From positions 1 to 64,000 of the forward strand of contig KZ538106.1 of assembly GCA_000934665.2 (NCBI GenBank): a stretch of 64,000 bases of DNA. Reading direction: 5' to 3'. Numbering within the stretch: position 1 is the first letter of the stretch; each line of letters starts with the position of its first letter. Source of the stretch: Catajapyx aquilonaris (lineage: Eukaryota). The position numbers and the translations under genes are program-made. Shown piece by piece: positions 40,540 to 54,900 of the stretch. The notes under the pieces were generated by a model that was not told the DNA's origin, did not search any database, and saw nothing but the letters and a program-made list of their open reading frames with translations.

Positions 40540-42420
40540 ATGATTACTTTCAAAGTCCAGACATACTTTTGCATCTATTTGGTGACGAAATTACACGCCA
40601 TGGTTCCAATGTCACGAAATAATGAAGTTTCCTTAAGAGAAAATGTGGAGCTGGATATCTTAGGCAACAACATTTGCCACTTCATAATGAAATATGAATA
40701 CAAGTGCGGCATACTGTTAGCCGACGATTACGTCGTCATTCCTGACATTATACACCAACATTTCTCTCGGCTGTACGATGCCAGAGATGTCAGTTACGTG
40801 CGAATGAGTCTGCCACCAAACAAGAACTGTGACTCTTCAGTTTTCAACTTCAACGTAAGAAACATGAAGTGGAATTGCTTTCTGACCGTAATCGTCAGTA
40901 GTGAAGCGCAATTCCCTCATTTGGTCAACTGTCTTACTGAGAAGAACTGGACGTGGCCTGCAAGAGATCGGACAGTCGTATGGAGTCGAGATGGATCGTC
41001 CCTCTCACTGCTGAGGTCAGAGGTCATGAAGGATTTCAAAGTAAGAGCAGCTGCTTATGTCAAGTGGAACGCAACGGATCACATGCAAGTCGACATAGCT
41101 TGCGGAAACTGCTTTGCACATGGGAAACATTGGTCAGAGGTGCCTGTGAATAACCTCATGGAAATGATGGAATTCTTTAGCGTGTTGGTCCACGGCCAGT
41201 TCAAAATCAAGACCTTTGGAGGCGGGGAGGTCAATATCTCTGACCCTCATTTTTGTCACGAATATGCTGCGACAGGCAGTCATCGTGACAAGCTCTACAA
41301 CATCGTTGACCTCATGTCCGAGGTAATGGATTTCACCTGGAAGAGCGTCGGGCCAAAGAGCCACTACACAGGCCACGAGTTGGACAACGGAACGTGGGTC
41401 GGAATCATAGGCGACATTGGCAACGAAGTTACATTCACTTCTCCGTACATGCCCGTCACGAGAGAGCGGCTCGACTTTTTGGAATTTGCATTCCCCATCA
41501 CAATGGACCGCCTGACCTTCAAAACTAGGAGACCCGATGTGACCTTTTCTGCCACGGCCGTCCTTCACCCTTTCTGTTCCCGTGTCTGGATCCTGCTCGG
41601 TGTCGCCTGCATCCTCACAGCTTTTGTCTTCAAGTTCATCTCCAAGACTCCTACAACCCTCCTTGAAGCAGCCCAACTCTTGATCCAATCGGCCATCGAC
41701 CAACCGACCACTCACCCGTCCTCAAACCCAGCCCGGGTCACCTTTCTCTCCTGGGTCATCTTCAGCTACGGGATGGGAATGCTCTACAAGAGCAAGCTGG
41801 TCGAATTCCTCACCACCCCAACCTTCGACCCGGCCATAAATCGGTTCGAAACCCTGGCCCAGACCCCTGGTTTCCAATGGGGCACTGACCCGTGGACCTT
41901 CGACGAGCTGGCCACCGTCGGGTCCGAGCTGGTCACCATCATCGAGAAAGTTCAAGTAGAGGCTGACATGATGACCTGCATGACCAAGGCTGCTGAGGGC
42001 AACTACGCCTGCATCACCCTGGAAAAGCAGCTCCCTTGGTACGTCGGCAGTCACTTCTACGACAGCTGCGGACGGAGCCTGCTTCACACAGCCACGGACG
42101 ACACCTTCTACGTGGCGATCGGGATGCCCCTCAAGAAAGGGTCGCTGTACCGGTCATCCCTGCAGAGGCTGGTCAGCGCCATGGTGGAAGCAGGGCTGGT
42201 CAGGAAGTGGGCGAGGGATGACAAGTGTCACGAGGTGTTCAAAGGAATAGAGATGGCCAATCAAGCCAGGGGCACGTCCTTCTACGGCTGCTTGTATGCC
42301 ACGTCCACACACCGAATCAATATGTGGCACATGACCAGTCCATTGTGGATTCTGTCCATCGGATTCTTCCTGTCTTTCCTGCTCTTTCTGGGCGAAATAT
42401 TTGTGGCCAAGGCACGATAG
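40540..42420 (+). CDS. Divergent ionotropic receptor (iGluR-related chemoreceptor), intronless CDS, ~626 aa
   Basis: Single long ORF, first ATG at 40540. S1: NGTWVGIIGDI and VTRERLDFLEFAFP. M1: LHPFCSRVWILLG. M3: RVTFLSWVIFSYGMGMLYKSKLVEFLTTP then AINRFETLA. S2: MVEAGLVRKW. M4: PLWILSIGFFLSFLLFLGEI. No large ATD. AATAAA at 42505. Confidence 0.92.
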   Translation: MITFKVQTYFCIYLVTKLHAMVPMSRNNEVSLRENVELDILGNNICHFIMKYEYKCGILLADDYVVIPDIIHQHFSRLYDARDVSYVRMSLPPNKNCDSSVFNFNVRNMKWNCFLTVIVSSEAQFPHLVNCLTEKNWTWPARDRTVVWSRDGSSLSLLRSEVMKDFKVRAAAYVKWNATDHMQVDIACGNCFAHGKHWSEVPVNNLMEMMEFFSVLVHGQFKIKTFGGGEVNISDPHFCHEYAATGSHRDKLYNIVDLMSEVMDFTWKSVGPKSHYTGHELDNGTWVGIIGDIGNEVTFTSPYMPVTRERLDFLEFAFPITMDRLTFKTRRPDVTFSATAVLHPFCSRVWILLGVACILTAFVFKFISKTPTTLLEAAQLLIQSAIDQPTTHPSSNPARVTFLSWVIFSYGMGMLYKSKLVEFLTTPTFDPAINRFETLAQTPGFQWGTDPWTFDELATVGSELVTIIEKVQVEADMMTCMTKAAEGNYACITLEKQLPWYVGSHFYDSCGRSLLHTATDDTFYVAIGMPLKKGSLYRSSLQRLVSAMVEAGLVRKWARDDKCHEVFKGIEMANQARGTSFYGCLYATSTHRINMWHMTSPLWILSIGFFLSFLLFLGEIFVAKAR

Positions 42421-42954
42421 ATAGCGTCGTTACTTGCACACACATTGCCCTGTTATACTCTGCACGTAGTATCACAGTAATGATGTAAACGTGTACTGTA
42501 ATTAAATAAACCTGCTGATTAAGGAGTAGTACGATTGTATCCTGGACATACCCGCAACCCAAGTGCCCCCGCTGCTCTCCTGGTTGCATAATCTGCAGGA
42601 AAAAAATATTGCATATTTATTCCCCGAAAGTCAACGGCCCATGAATGATGCCTTCCAGACTTTGAACCCGCATGTGCCGCATACCCCGACGCAATGCGTA
42701 CGGCGCACCTGTGGATGCAAAATCGAGTCTGGATGAATCCAGCGACCCCTTAGTTCCAGGCCCTAATATAGACGTGTGGTGTCCCGGGTGCAAGTAACCT
42801 CGTTCAGGGACAGAGGGTGGTGGTTTTGGCGCCTGCGCTGTGTGTACGCGCCAACTGAGAGCGACGGCGGCGTCGGCATCGGCGGCGGCCAACCTCAGAA
42901 GGACATGCCTCGGCGTCCGAGTCGCTCCTTTCCATCCTTCGGCTTTGCGGAGTC

Positions 42955-45900
42955 ATGCACCAACATGACCGGAAGGGAAACTACCGTAAGTACACTTTAA
43001 TTTAACGATGCTTAGTAAACCCGTTGCGTCATATCCGGCCCGGTTTTTGCACGTTTCGCTCGGATTTTGCACGTAGAATAAACCCGGATCCGCCGTATCG
43101 ATCTACCCGGGTACTCACATCATCCCCCCGACGCCATCCCCCCTTCCTTCATTTATAGCCTCTTCTATTCAGTCAACGTAACCGCTATTTTAGGAAAACG
43201 CACTTAACCGCACTTGCTACAAGTTTACGGTCATGACCATGCTGCTTTCCCCCGCAGTTTGTTTTGAAGTACAGTATACAGTACATGTTTTAGCGATGTG
43301 CCAAAAAAGGTCACACACTTTCAAGGTTAAGGCTATCGTTTACACGCACTTGCCTTAATGACATTTTCATGCACCGACGATATTGCGTACACGAATGTTC
43401 AATCGGGCTTTCCCATGACTTCCTATAGGAAGTTTCAGATATCCAAAAGTAAGGCTCTTCCTTCAACCGACGAGGGAGATGTTCTTAATTTAACCTGCTC
43501 TGATTTTGGAATTCGGCCCAACCAGAGGCTGCCAGCAGGAGACGAGACATCGCCTACTTCACTCACATAGTTTCTTAGAATCAAACAAAAGGCTAAGACA
43601 TGCTTTTTAACTAATGGGCAGGTTATTCTTCCTCTTAGAAGGTGCGAATTTGAATAGCAAATTACGTGCCTTTGTAGCCCCCGGTCTGATGCAACCCTCC
43701 TAATCATCTTGCATGGCAAACCCGACCGCACCTCCCATTGTGTTTATTGACCCCAGTGCAAGAGAAAAAAAAGGGCTAAATAGAATCCCAGGAATCGAGC
43801 AACGTTGGTGTTGTTAGTATCACGCGAGATCTATTATTCTAGACGCTCCTTAATTATGCAATATCCACTTGACTGGAAATACTCGAGTCGGCGTACTTAT
43901 GCAGTGTTTCGTAATGACTCGAACATGAGCATCATGGAATCGTAATATTGTGAAATAACATAGTATTAAATATTCTGGCATGTATCCTTCAGTATATTAA
44001 AATCCGCCGTTGTATGATCGAGGCCTCCGTTCTGCGCCTGCGCAATGGGGAGAGGCGGCGCCTCTGGTGGATGGGAGATGGAACTAGCATTATTTATTAA
44101 AATTCAATTGCAGTTTCAGATTTTATCTATTCTTCGTATTGAATGAAAATATGCGAGTTATTTTTCTTCTCACTTCAGTCTATAATTACTAATGACAGCT
44201 CTTACACGAGAAGTTTGGCTGAATGATTACGAAACACCAGATGAGCTGGATCAACAGGAATATTATTAGCGTCCGATGTATATTGGGATTTGCTGATAGA
44301 TTGGCTTCCGAAAGTGGAGCGGAGGAAAGGCATGTCTTGGCGCGGCTCATATTTAGCTCGTGAACAATTATGGATGTCATAAAACAAGTTGGATGGGAGA
44401 GATATTAAATTTCTTGGACACTTTCCCTGGAGGCTTTCACACCTGTCGAGCGTCTCCCGCGGGTTTTTCGTTCATTAAAAAAGTTATGGGCAACTTGAAA
44501 TTAGGAGGATCCTGCATCAAACTCATGGCAGGGTGAAGTAATTGCCGAGGACATTTTCTGGGCCAGTTGCGTTCACTCAAATTAGGCAAATTCCTCATTT
44601 ATTCACAGGAATGCTAAGATTTCCTCCTTAATTTGAGCTGATAGAACTGGATGTAAGTTACGTAACACGCTGCGATCAAGGCAATGCTTCTTAGAGCAGG
44701 GTCGCCAACACCTAGCTTCTTTCCCTGAATTGGAAATCGTTGATTCGTCGAGGCTGAAAAGAATACCAATGAGAGTAGACGAGAAAGGGGAATGGAGGTG
44801 AGGGTGGGTGGGTGTGTGAGCAAATTCCTCGCACGTTCGGAATAATGCGACTGCGGAATAATGGCGAAATACGTCGATGCGAAGCCTGAATAAACAATGG
44901 CATGCATTCTTCGCATTGACAGCGACAATAACGTCGTGTAACTGCATACAGTCACATGCATCAGTGCATTAGACCCAGTATTTCCTAGTAATAGATGGGG
45001 ATTAATATTTCTAATAGACTGCACTGCTTGGTATAGCACAATACGGTACTAAACTTGTGACAAGACAAGCAAAGAACTTCTTCGCGGATAATGTCACATG
45101 CTGCTCGTCTGCTTCCTTCAAAGGACAATAAATGACAAAAGGATAGTAAGTAACTGGAAGAGACCACTGCAGTGTTATTACCACGATCTATCCGACTTTG
45201 GTGCAGTGGCCATATTGCCCAACTTTTTATAGACCCGCGGGCATTGTTAATGAAACCATTCGACCTTTCATGTCATCACACTAAAAGCCTAGGTGAGTTG
45301 TCCCCAGAAGATTCGGTGCTCAGCATCTATTTATTCCCACCCATTCCACTCTTGTCTGAATGATCATGAAATCTGTCTCTTTCCGCTTTCCTAGTGGTTA
45401 TATGTCATGAGAAGCGGTTGAGATGACGTCAAGGATGTCCTGACGCACGCGCGACTCGTGTTTGACCCAATAAATTCCCTCCAGAGTTAGTGCACATGGC
45501 CCAATGCCCGTGTTGCTTTAAACCAAGAAGAAGAGTACATCACATGACTTTTGCTGGTGGTAAGGGATAATAATAAACAGAGCAGACGGCATACGCGTAA
45601 TCCCAGGCGCGAAAACCACATACACTTCACTCTCTATCTGCTGTACGATCATCTGCTGAGTACATTTGCGTCGATTCTCGGCCGTTTTAACTCTCAGCAT
45701 GGCAGAAAATGAAATTACGCGGCAAGTGCTGCATAATCGGCAGATGCTTGGAGTTTAAGTCTGAGGAGGACTTGCAAATTAACTGCTTGTCGTAAACTTT
45801 CCCACGGCATGTCAACACGCCTATTTCACTGCCAAGTTGGTGCAGTACAGTGCTGCTCAAAAATTCAGGAACAGTTTATCCAACTTTTTTCAGGGGCATT

Positions 45901-48900
45901 GTGTTGAAATGGTACACTCGCATCAAAATTTTTTAAAAAAACTACACGATATCACATTTTCTTTTAATTTGCGTCCATTTATTAACGATCAGTAAGAAGA
46001 TGGACAGAACAGGCGTGTGACGTCCACATTGTTATGAAATTTTATTGTCCAAAATGTTAAATACATCGCAGCATGTTGTTATAAAGAATGTGGCTTGCAC
46101 TTCATCGCGTTTACTGCCCTGGAAAAAAACGGCCAACGGAAAGACGTAAAAAGGTGCCCTTCCTCTAAGAATAGGCGAGTCGAACATAATTATTGTTCTG
46201 GCGAAACAGCAGCGTGGTCACGGCTACACAGCCCACGAGAAGAGCCTTGCAACATTTCGTCACCGACCACCGACCAGACCCCAGCGTCCAAAAACTGCTG
46301 CGGAAATCTATAAATCGTTCGGTTCAAGCCCTTGAATACTACAAACCTTGACTAAGTTCAAGAGTTCTTGGCTTCCATTTTATTTCCGGTCGAAGAACCC
46401 GCAACATGTATTGTTCCGACCTCTAGGGAGGTCGCATGTGCCGTTTAAGGGCAATCGATGCCAAATGTTTCATCAGGCCTTAATATTCAGTCTAGGGATT
46501 TATGATGGGCAAAACTCTGGGATGAGTGTGTCCCTGGGAAAAATAGAATCTAGGGCGTCTCATGTGGACGGGAGGAGTTCATCACAACAAAGCTGAGTTT
46601 GTTTGTAAGTCTATTACATGATCCGGAAACGCCCACCTGTCCTCTTTTGGCGACGGCCTGATTTTTAAACGCCGGCTTTTGGCACCATGGGTGGGTTCAA
46701 ACCGCATACATCTTCTACGATTTAGTGCACTGCCAGGCCCGAGAATGCAACTTGCAAGGTGCAACAACATGCCCATGTCTAATGATAGTCTGCAATGTTG
46801 ACGTGACAATTTCCATGCAAAAGAAACAATGGGAAAGACTACACAGCAGGCATAAAAATATTTATAGGCAATTATTCATAATGCGATTGTTAACCCAGAA
46901 ACCATGCGTGATGATCTTTTAGGAAAATGCACGCAATTCTTTGAATTTTTATAGCTCCAAGCCTAGAATTGGCAGCGTCCAAATATAACTGCTGAAGATA
47001 AGATAGGTCCCGAAATGAGATCGATGCAAATGCCATGTGGACTCAATTTATTATTCAAAGAAATGTCATAAAGTTTCGCCTCCTCTATATCTACAACCAT
47101 GACGTATGGTTCCAGTCCTTTTGACGTAATCTGTGACCTCCGGCACAACGTAGACGATCCTCTGCAAATATACTTTGCAAGCTCCATAAGATTACAACGT
47201 CACTTCTCTCTGACGGTTAATTGCACACCTTCCGGCCATGCTTCCTCATAAAATGCACCATTCTTTTGATGACAGTGGCATCCAAGGCTCCGGCTAATTA
47301 ATTGCCTAAATTAATCTTACGCTTTTCCCCCGTTTACCCATCGCCGCAGGTAAACAAGCCTTGCACATATAGCATTTCGCCTAAACTTATCGCTCGACCT
47401 TCATGTGATCACTTTGACGGAAACGCCTTTAATGAAGCAAGGCTGGGTGGGACCTACTACGACGCACCTGATGTCTGTACAGAGTGAGGTAGAACGTCAG
47501 ATCGGCCGCAATCAGACGACAAATTTGCAAAAATTCCGCACTGGATTCGTTCTATTTTTAATCAAATATACAGGCCTCCAGACTATGGAATTCAATTACC
47601 ACATGAACCCTGAACTTTCTTTTTGTACTAATTTTCCCACAGTAATTTAACTTCCCTCCCAAAACTTTGTTACCTGCAGGCCCTTTTCTTTTCTTCGGGT
47701 GTCTTAAGTTTTGAAACAACTGGCACACTGCCATATATGCAACATGGCTAGACCTGAAGACAAAAACTCGTCACCCACGCCCTGAACCGACAGAGAAGGC
47801 CCCGGATAAAATTCGGGTCTATGTTGGTGGTTATCGATCTATCCGGAGAGGGCAAGATGCTGGCGGCAGGAGAAGGGCCCGGATGTTGAGTTCATGCCCT
47901 TGCTTAGGGGACGAGACGAGGATCCTCACATAGAACCAGCCCTAATATCTGTCTGACCTCCATGTGACCCTTGCTTGATCACACCGAATTTTTGTCCCGA
48001 CTGCGTGTCAGAACCTTGGCTTCTATTATTTCAGATCAGATTTTGCAGCTGTGGATCGTTTTTTTTAATTTTCCATTATTATCCTTCATGAGTAGGAGCC
48101 TGATCCTCTTTGGGTGTAAATCACGGGCGGCAGACGTGAAATTGGCCCTTGTCATTGAGCAAGGGCAATCCGTCACGACTTCAGAATTTATGGATATGTC
48201 CTTTTTAGGAGAATTTGAATAATTAGCGGATTTTTTGGCGGGTCTCTTGCCCTGTGGTGCGTCATGGGTGCAATTAGCTTGAAGCGCGCGTGCGGAAAAT
48301 TATGATCTCTCATGGGAATTTGCAAAGAGCATAGATGTTCGTCGAATTCTATATAATGTACAGTATGCGGCTATTCATTAGCACAATGAGAGTGGGGATT
48401 ACGTAACGGGATGAAACTGCACCAAGAGTTGGACTGTACGCAGTTTGGACCTAGCAAACAGAAGCCAAGCTGTAATATAAGCACTGACAAAATAGTGTAT
48501 CATACAGTTCGGTGTATTAGAATGTACGTCGCAATGAGTGAAAAACGTGGCAACAAAAGCTAATTCACAGAATCGACGCAATACTTCAACGCCATCTCAT
48601 AATGAATTCATTTAAAAAAAAACTTTCTTAATGTGATTGAACGTCATATGATAACAAATCATCTTCCTAATTCTTACTAGTTCATCTTGGAAATGAGTTA
48701 AGAGCACATTTCAATTTGGATTGAGGATGAAACTCTACTGGGAAAAGGTTTCATCCTGGAAATTAGATATCCCACCCGCTTGAAAAGGGGGATTGGTTGC
48801 CTACACTTCAGGATCACTTCACTTTCATTTGTCACGAATGCAGAGAATATCATTGGTCACACACCTATTTGCATGGGAATGTAGAGACTCTTTCCATTCA

Positions 48901-51900
48901 GGTCAGCCGATGCTCCGTCGCGTCGTCGGTGGCTAACAATCACAGCTTAGGATGATCCTGCAAGAGTAATGAAATGAACATGTTAAATATATATCAACTT
49001 CATCGATATACGGGATTACCTCCGCATAAAATACACTGTATGCACTGGACCTTGCGTGTCACTGCATTGTATAACGCTCATGACCAAATAGTTTTGTAAC
49101 AAGACCAATAAAATGACAGTATATTCTCAGCACTATACAAGATGAGACATGCAATTTATACCACCTCAGGTCTGGTTGCGGCGAGGAAAAAACATCTCGT
49201 TTGAGCTAGTAGTATTTCTGGGAAGCGGTACAACCCGCCCTTTAATTATTAGAATGAAACTTAAATCTAGTGAGTCAGTTCCTCTGTTCATTATGCTTGA
49301 GCACCCCGAATAATCGGAACGGATGGCAACCTTAGTGATAATCTCGGGTAATCCTATAAACATGATAAGAGTCAGTGTGTGTTGAATCTGAATTATAAAT
49401 TGCTTCTTTTCAGTGCTAGTCTCTCCGATGTTATATAAATAAAACCCTCCCTTCACTCTGCTACACGCTGGAGTATGGCCAGAGAGTGGCAAAAAAGTAG
49501 CGTGCTTCTTTAAAGTAACTTTGGTACTTCACAAACCTGCTTTGCGTGTTAAGCGCAGTCGGACTGTTAAACTAAACTTTAACTCGTCGCCCACCATTCT
49601 CATTCCATGAATACCATTTACACCACTCAGTGAATCACCACACCGTGTGGCATTGCAAGTGGGCCGATTCATAATTACTTCATTATCAAATAAAAATGAC
49701 CATGGTCCGCACACGAATTTTCAATTTCGAATATGTCAATTAACACACCCAATAGCTGCGGTTTCCCCACAACCCACCAAAAATCCCGCCTTACTGGCTG
49801 TAAATCCAATTACCCTAAATAAAATAATCACGATCATAATTGACAACAACATGCTGGCCTTATTACGCGTCTAAGTGCAACAAGCTAAAGGCCATATACC
49901 CCCGAGGCTGTTCACATAACATACCGCATAAACACCCACCCACACATTGTATCTGTGCGGCAATGGTCAATCTGTATTCCTTCCGCGCAAGTGCAGAGTA
50001 TTCCCGACACTATTGCAATCTCTCTTTTCTTGGCATGCTGGTTGTAATATACAGTAACGGGGCAATATTGTGCCCGCGCCAGAGGGGGCCGTACGAAGGG
50101 TTGTCCGCCTAATATACACACGCGCACGCTGAAACACTGTAAGGGAGAAGACCTCGAAGCAGCCGGATTGTGCAGTTACGCTGATTCGATTAGCTCACGT
50201 TATTATTTTTTTTGCTAATAACTGTATAAGTGAAGCCTGCACGTGCGGTAATTCAGACGGGACGCATACTTTGCAGGATAAATATATGGGTGTGTAGCAT
50301 GTGAGTACTGGTAGTGTTCGGTTGATAACAATGGTTTGGATTGTTGTGTTGCAGGCAAGCGCAATGGGAGCGTCCTCGGAGTCAAATGCGTCGTCGTCAA
50401 CGGCCTCGGGCAAGTGGGTGCCCTGGCAGACGAAGAAGGCAGCACAGGCAGCAACGGCTCCGGATCGTTCTCAGACGACGGTGTCACTCCGGGAACCAAC
50501 CTGGAGGGGTCGGACGCAACTTCGGATGACGCTGTTAACCTCAAGAGACGGGTGGGACTCCTCAGTGGGGTGGCTTTAATCGTCGGAACCATGATCGGTG
50601 AGCAAAACCGAACATTTTCCTGGTCCTGGCACCAGATTCCTCACATGAGTCAGTGGCCAACAGTTGACAGGGGCCATGACCCTTGTGAGGCATCCAATTT
50701 GGCCCCGAGACTCGACCGAAAAACCTATACAGAGCCGGCGAGAGTGCAGGCACGTTCAGTACCTACCCGCCCTTGAAATATCCCAACCTTCTGCATAGCT
50801 GGGGCCTAAAAATAAAGTGGCCCCAAGGAAACAAAATCTGACCACTACAAATGCCTATTGCACGCTCTAAAATAAGACTCCTTCTGTAAACAGCAACACC
50901 CCTTTTGTTCGGATGTGTGGGCAGTGAATCACGATGTACCGGAAGCTATTAAACTCCAACCGATCATTTGCATTGTCTTTCAGGATCAGGTATCTTTGTG
51001 TCCCCTTCAGACCTGCTGGCACGCACGCATTCCGTGGGCCTCAGTCTCGTCATCTGGGTGGCTTCCGGTTTCCTGTCAATGTTAGGTATGTCCTACACAA
51101 TTATACCTAGAGGATGTTCATCCAGCTAAATGGATGAATGCATTTCAGGAGCGTTAGCTTACGCAGAGTTAGGCACGATGAACGTAAGCGCTGGCGGCGA
51201 ATACGCGTACTTCCTGGAGGCGTTCGGACCGCTGCCGGCCTTCCTGTTCTCGTGGGTGTCCACGCTGGTGCTGAAACCATCGCAGTTGGCCATCGTCTGT
51301 CTCACCTTCTCCAAGTACGCCGTGGAAGCCCTCGCAGGAGAGTGCGGGCCTCCGGACGTGCTGGTGCAAATAGTGGCAGCCCTCACCATCGGTACGGGGA
51401 CGCCGTCGAGGGAGGGCGCCACCAGGATACCTAACTGACACGTCTGTTTCTCGTTCCAGTCGTCATCTTGTTCATCAACTGTTATAGCGTCAACCTGGCG
51501 ACGGGAGTCCAAAATGCGTTCACGGCTGCCAAGCTGGTGGCCATCTCCATCGTGGTTGCAGGAGGAATGTACTTTCTGAGTGCGGGACACACTGAGCACT
51601 TGAGCCGAGGATTCCAAGATACATCCACTTCCATTGGCAATATAGCCACTGCCTTTTACAGCGGAATGTGGGCTTACGACGGATGGTCAGTATACATAAC
51701 TTATGCAGCTTTGATTCGTGCCCATTTACATGTGCTTCCTTTCGCAGGAATACCTTGAATTATGTTACGGAAGAGATGAAAAATCCGCATGAGTAAGTAT
51801 TAGGGAGAGGTGTTCGTGTCATTAAGAGTGGTATCGGTACTGCTTTAGTATGTCTTCGGCATAACAGACTATATAGCAATGATTTAGTGTCGTTGCACCC

Positions 51901-54900
51901 TTCCTGATGCCAATGTAGCATCATGTGATACAACCCATTTGAAAGAAGCCGTGCCAGAGAATATTGCACTGTCCAAGCTGCAGTTTCCAAATGCAATCAC
52001 AAAATCTTTTATCACGTGGAAAAGTGCCCATAAAACATCCACCAGCGCTTATATTGTGAAAGCTATCCGTTAATCAGAATACGAATTACTGCTGCTCATT
52101 GACAAAAATTCGGCGAATGGAGTAGATAAATTTAATGGTGCTTATGATATGGGCATTTCTGCAACCGAATCATTATGGCTGCGTATTGCAGCAGAAATTA
52201 TTGCTATTATTCGACTAATACTAAAATATAAATCTGTAATTATTACACTAGTACCGTGCCATTCTGACCTTTGCGTGACACTGGTACCTGCAACTGCTTT
52301 TCTAATTTCAGGAATCTTCCACGATCCATTATGATTGGAATTCCACTAGTGACGATCTGCTATTTGCTCATGAACATTTCATATTTGGCAGTCATGTCAC
52401 CAGCTGAGATGATTGCGTCAGAGGCTGTGGCAGTGGTGAGTACTCGACGCATTCGTGATTTGCATTTTATTTACGCAGAGATTCATTGGCCAGGAAAGCA
52501 TGCACCAATCATTTAGTTTCCAAATTGATACGCAGGGGCATTATTTTGACTGGTAAGCCATGTGTGAATGTATGAGGGAACGACCATGCTGAAACCAGCA
52601 AGGCTTTTCCTCCATGTCAAAGAATGCTTTTTAATTAATGATCATTAAACACATATTTCCTTGATTAATTGATCAAATCTGACACATATTATTAGCAAAG
52701 AGTAAATGTGGCACTAACTAAGCCGTTTCCGAAACGAGTGCATGATGCACCACTAATGATGTGTTGACACTGTCTGGTATGGCACTAAACGCCTGGGCTA
52801 GATTAAATGTGCACCAAATCTGTCTGTTAAATTCACTCTTAAAGGTCTGGAAAATTGTCCATTTTTCGTAAAAATTGGGTCTTTGATAATTGTGCAAACT
52901 GTGGAACTTCCACTGTCTTTTTTGACTGTCTTTAAAGCGCGTGAATAATATCGTGTACTGTTGCACCTGTAGAGTTGAGACCTCAAAATGTTGGCCCTTT
53001 AGGTATGTGACAGAATGGGATTACGCCTATTCACTAGTTGACCTAGAGTGCTCCTATTTTTTGCACGAAGGCGGCCTGATTACTGCTCAGCCATGATTCA
53101 GCTGTGATGTTTACTCCTTGTTTTGCTTCTTAGTCCTGTACATATACATTATGCCGCGCTTTTTTCGACGCCCAACTCCCGCTGGACCGATCTATATTCT
53201 GCATATACTGCAGCTAACCATACCTCTTGTCACGTTCGCTCATGAGGCAGTACATGATGGATAGGCCTAATCCGCGTTTATCTTCTGCATATTAACACTT
53301 TTACGTCTATATACTCCCACACCTTAACGGCTAATTTCTTGTAGACAATAGACGCAAGTCACTTTGTAAATATATTAACTCCCACTACACATTTGAGTTG
53401 GCAAAATTTTTAATGGTGTGCTTGAGTAGTCAATCATGCCAGATTCACTATACCAAAAATGGATCAGGTAGGTACAGGTCGTATTAGGAGAGATCGAAGT
53501 CCAATTAAAACGAGAGATGAATATATCGTAAGGGTTAATCACATTGGAAATTTTTAGATCATGGAAAAATATGCATTTTATAGCTGAAATATAAAATATT
53601 GAGATGTTTATTAGTAGAAGATAGAGCCATGTTGGCAGTTGGAAGACTTACGTACCATAAAATGTGAATTTCTTCTCAAATGAAAAGCAATAAAAAAATC
53701 AGTTTTACACTGCTGCAGATATTTGCTTTTATGGCAGTAAGTCCTTCAATTGCCGGCGCGTTGGGATACGCTTGAACTCAATGCGCACGTAACATCAATG
53801 AAATCTTCGCATGCACACAGTAACGATATAATCCTGAAAAAAATAGCGTTCATTGTTATCTGAACTAGTAACTATTATGATTTTAAAAAACTTCATTGGT
53901 GTTGTAAATTGGCTGTACCGAACAAATTAATGATCAGAGAGAGTGGCGGTGGTGAGTGAAGGTAATTAATGAGTGATATATGCCACTGGTGAAGTGATCG
54001 CTAAGGATTTGAGAAAAGAGTCTACTTTATATTGTGATGAACCTGCTGCGAGCACAGCTACACCCGATCCAGGAAGAGGAGGCGCCAGTTTCTATTGGGA
54101 GCATGTCCTTTTGTAGGTGTAGGTGAGCCCAAGGAGCAATGTGTGTGTGGCGAGACCTGCTCTCCGCTACATGTAGCTCCTTATGTGAAGAGGCAAAAGG
54201 GCACTGACGTACGAGTGAGTGCCCGGGTCACCTCTCCGGGGTGGGTATGGTCCCATGGGTCGGTCCAATTGGCCCATCTAAGCCTTGATGCTCTTGTGTG
54301 AATCACTATATCTATCAGATTGTCATCCTATTTGTCCGTCACCTCTTTTTATTTTTTAAAAATTCTTCAGTACTTCCTATGTGTCTACACCCTCAGCTAT
54401 ATGTCTCACCTGATCCAACATACGTTGACCTTCCGATTCACACAGCAGACACAAGGCAGTGACCTCCCTGCCTGATCCTCCCCAGTCGCTTCAGAGAATT
54501 TCACTTTTCCGATACCGAGCCCACAATTTTGAATTCAATATCATTGCACATTTGATGAGATGGGCAACAAAAAAAGATAAATTCTCTGCAGGCGTTCCCT
54601 TCAAGGGTTGGTCCTCTCCATCCTTCCCTGTAATTTGCATGTCCCCGAAAAAAAGCGTCACTCGATCCACAAAATAGGAAGCAAATGCAGTTACTTTTTT
54701 GTTTTCTTTTCATTTTCTGTCAGAGACGTTTCTCTGTTTCTTTTGTCCGTGTGCCTTATGGCTAGTGAAAGACAAATGCCTTAGCGAGACTGAAAACTTT
54801 AGAGAGACCTGAAAGTTTAAAGCTGACTGCAACTGGGTAATGGACTCAAGGCTAGTTGTTACTAAATCATGAATAAATTGCGCCGTCAATTTGGATCACA

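Noticed and set aside
41134..42087. Minus-strand ORFs of 193 and 121 aa
   Set aside because: Antisense shadows of the GC-rich IR coding sequence with no recognisable domains. The same applies to ORFs antisense to the aquaporin and SLC7 exons.
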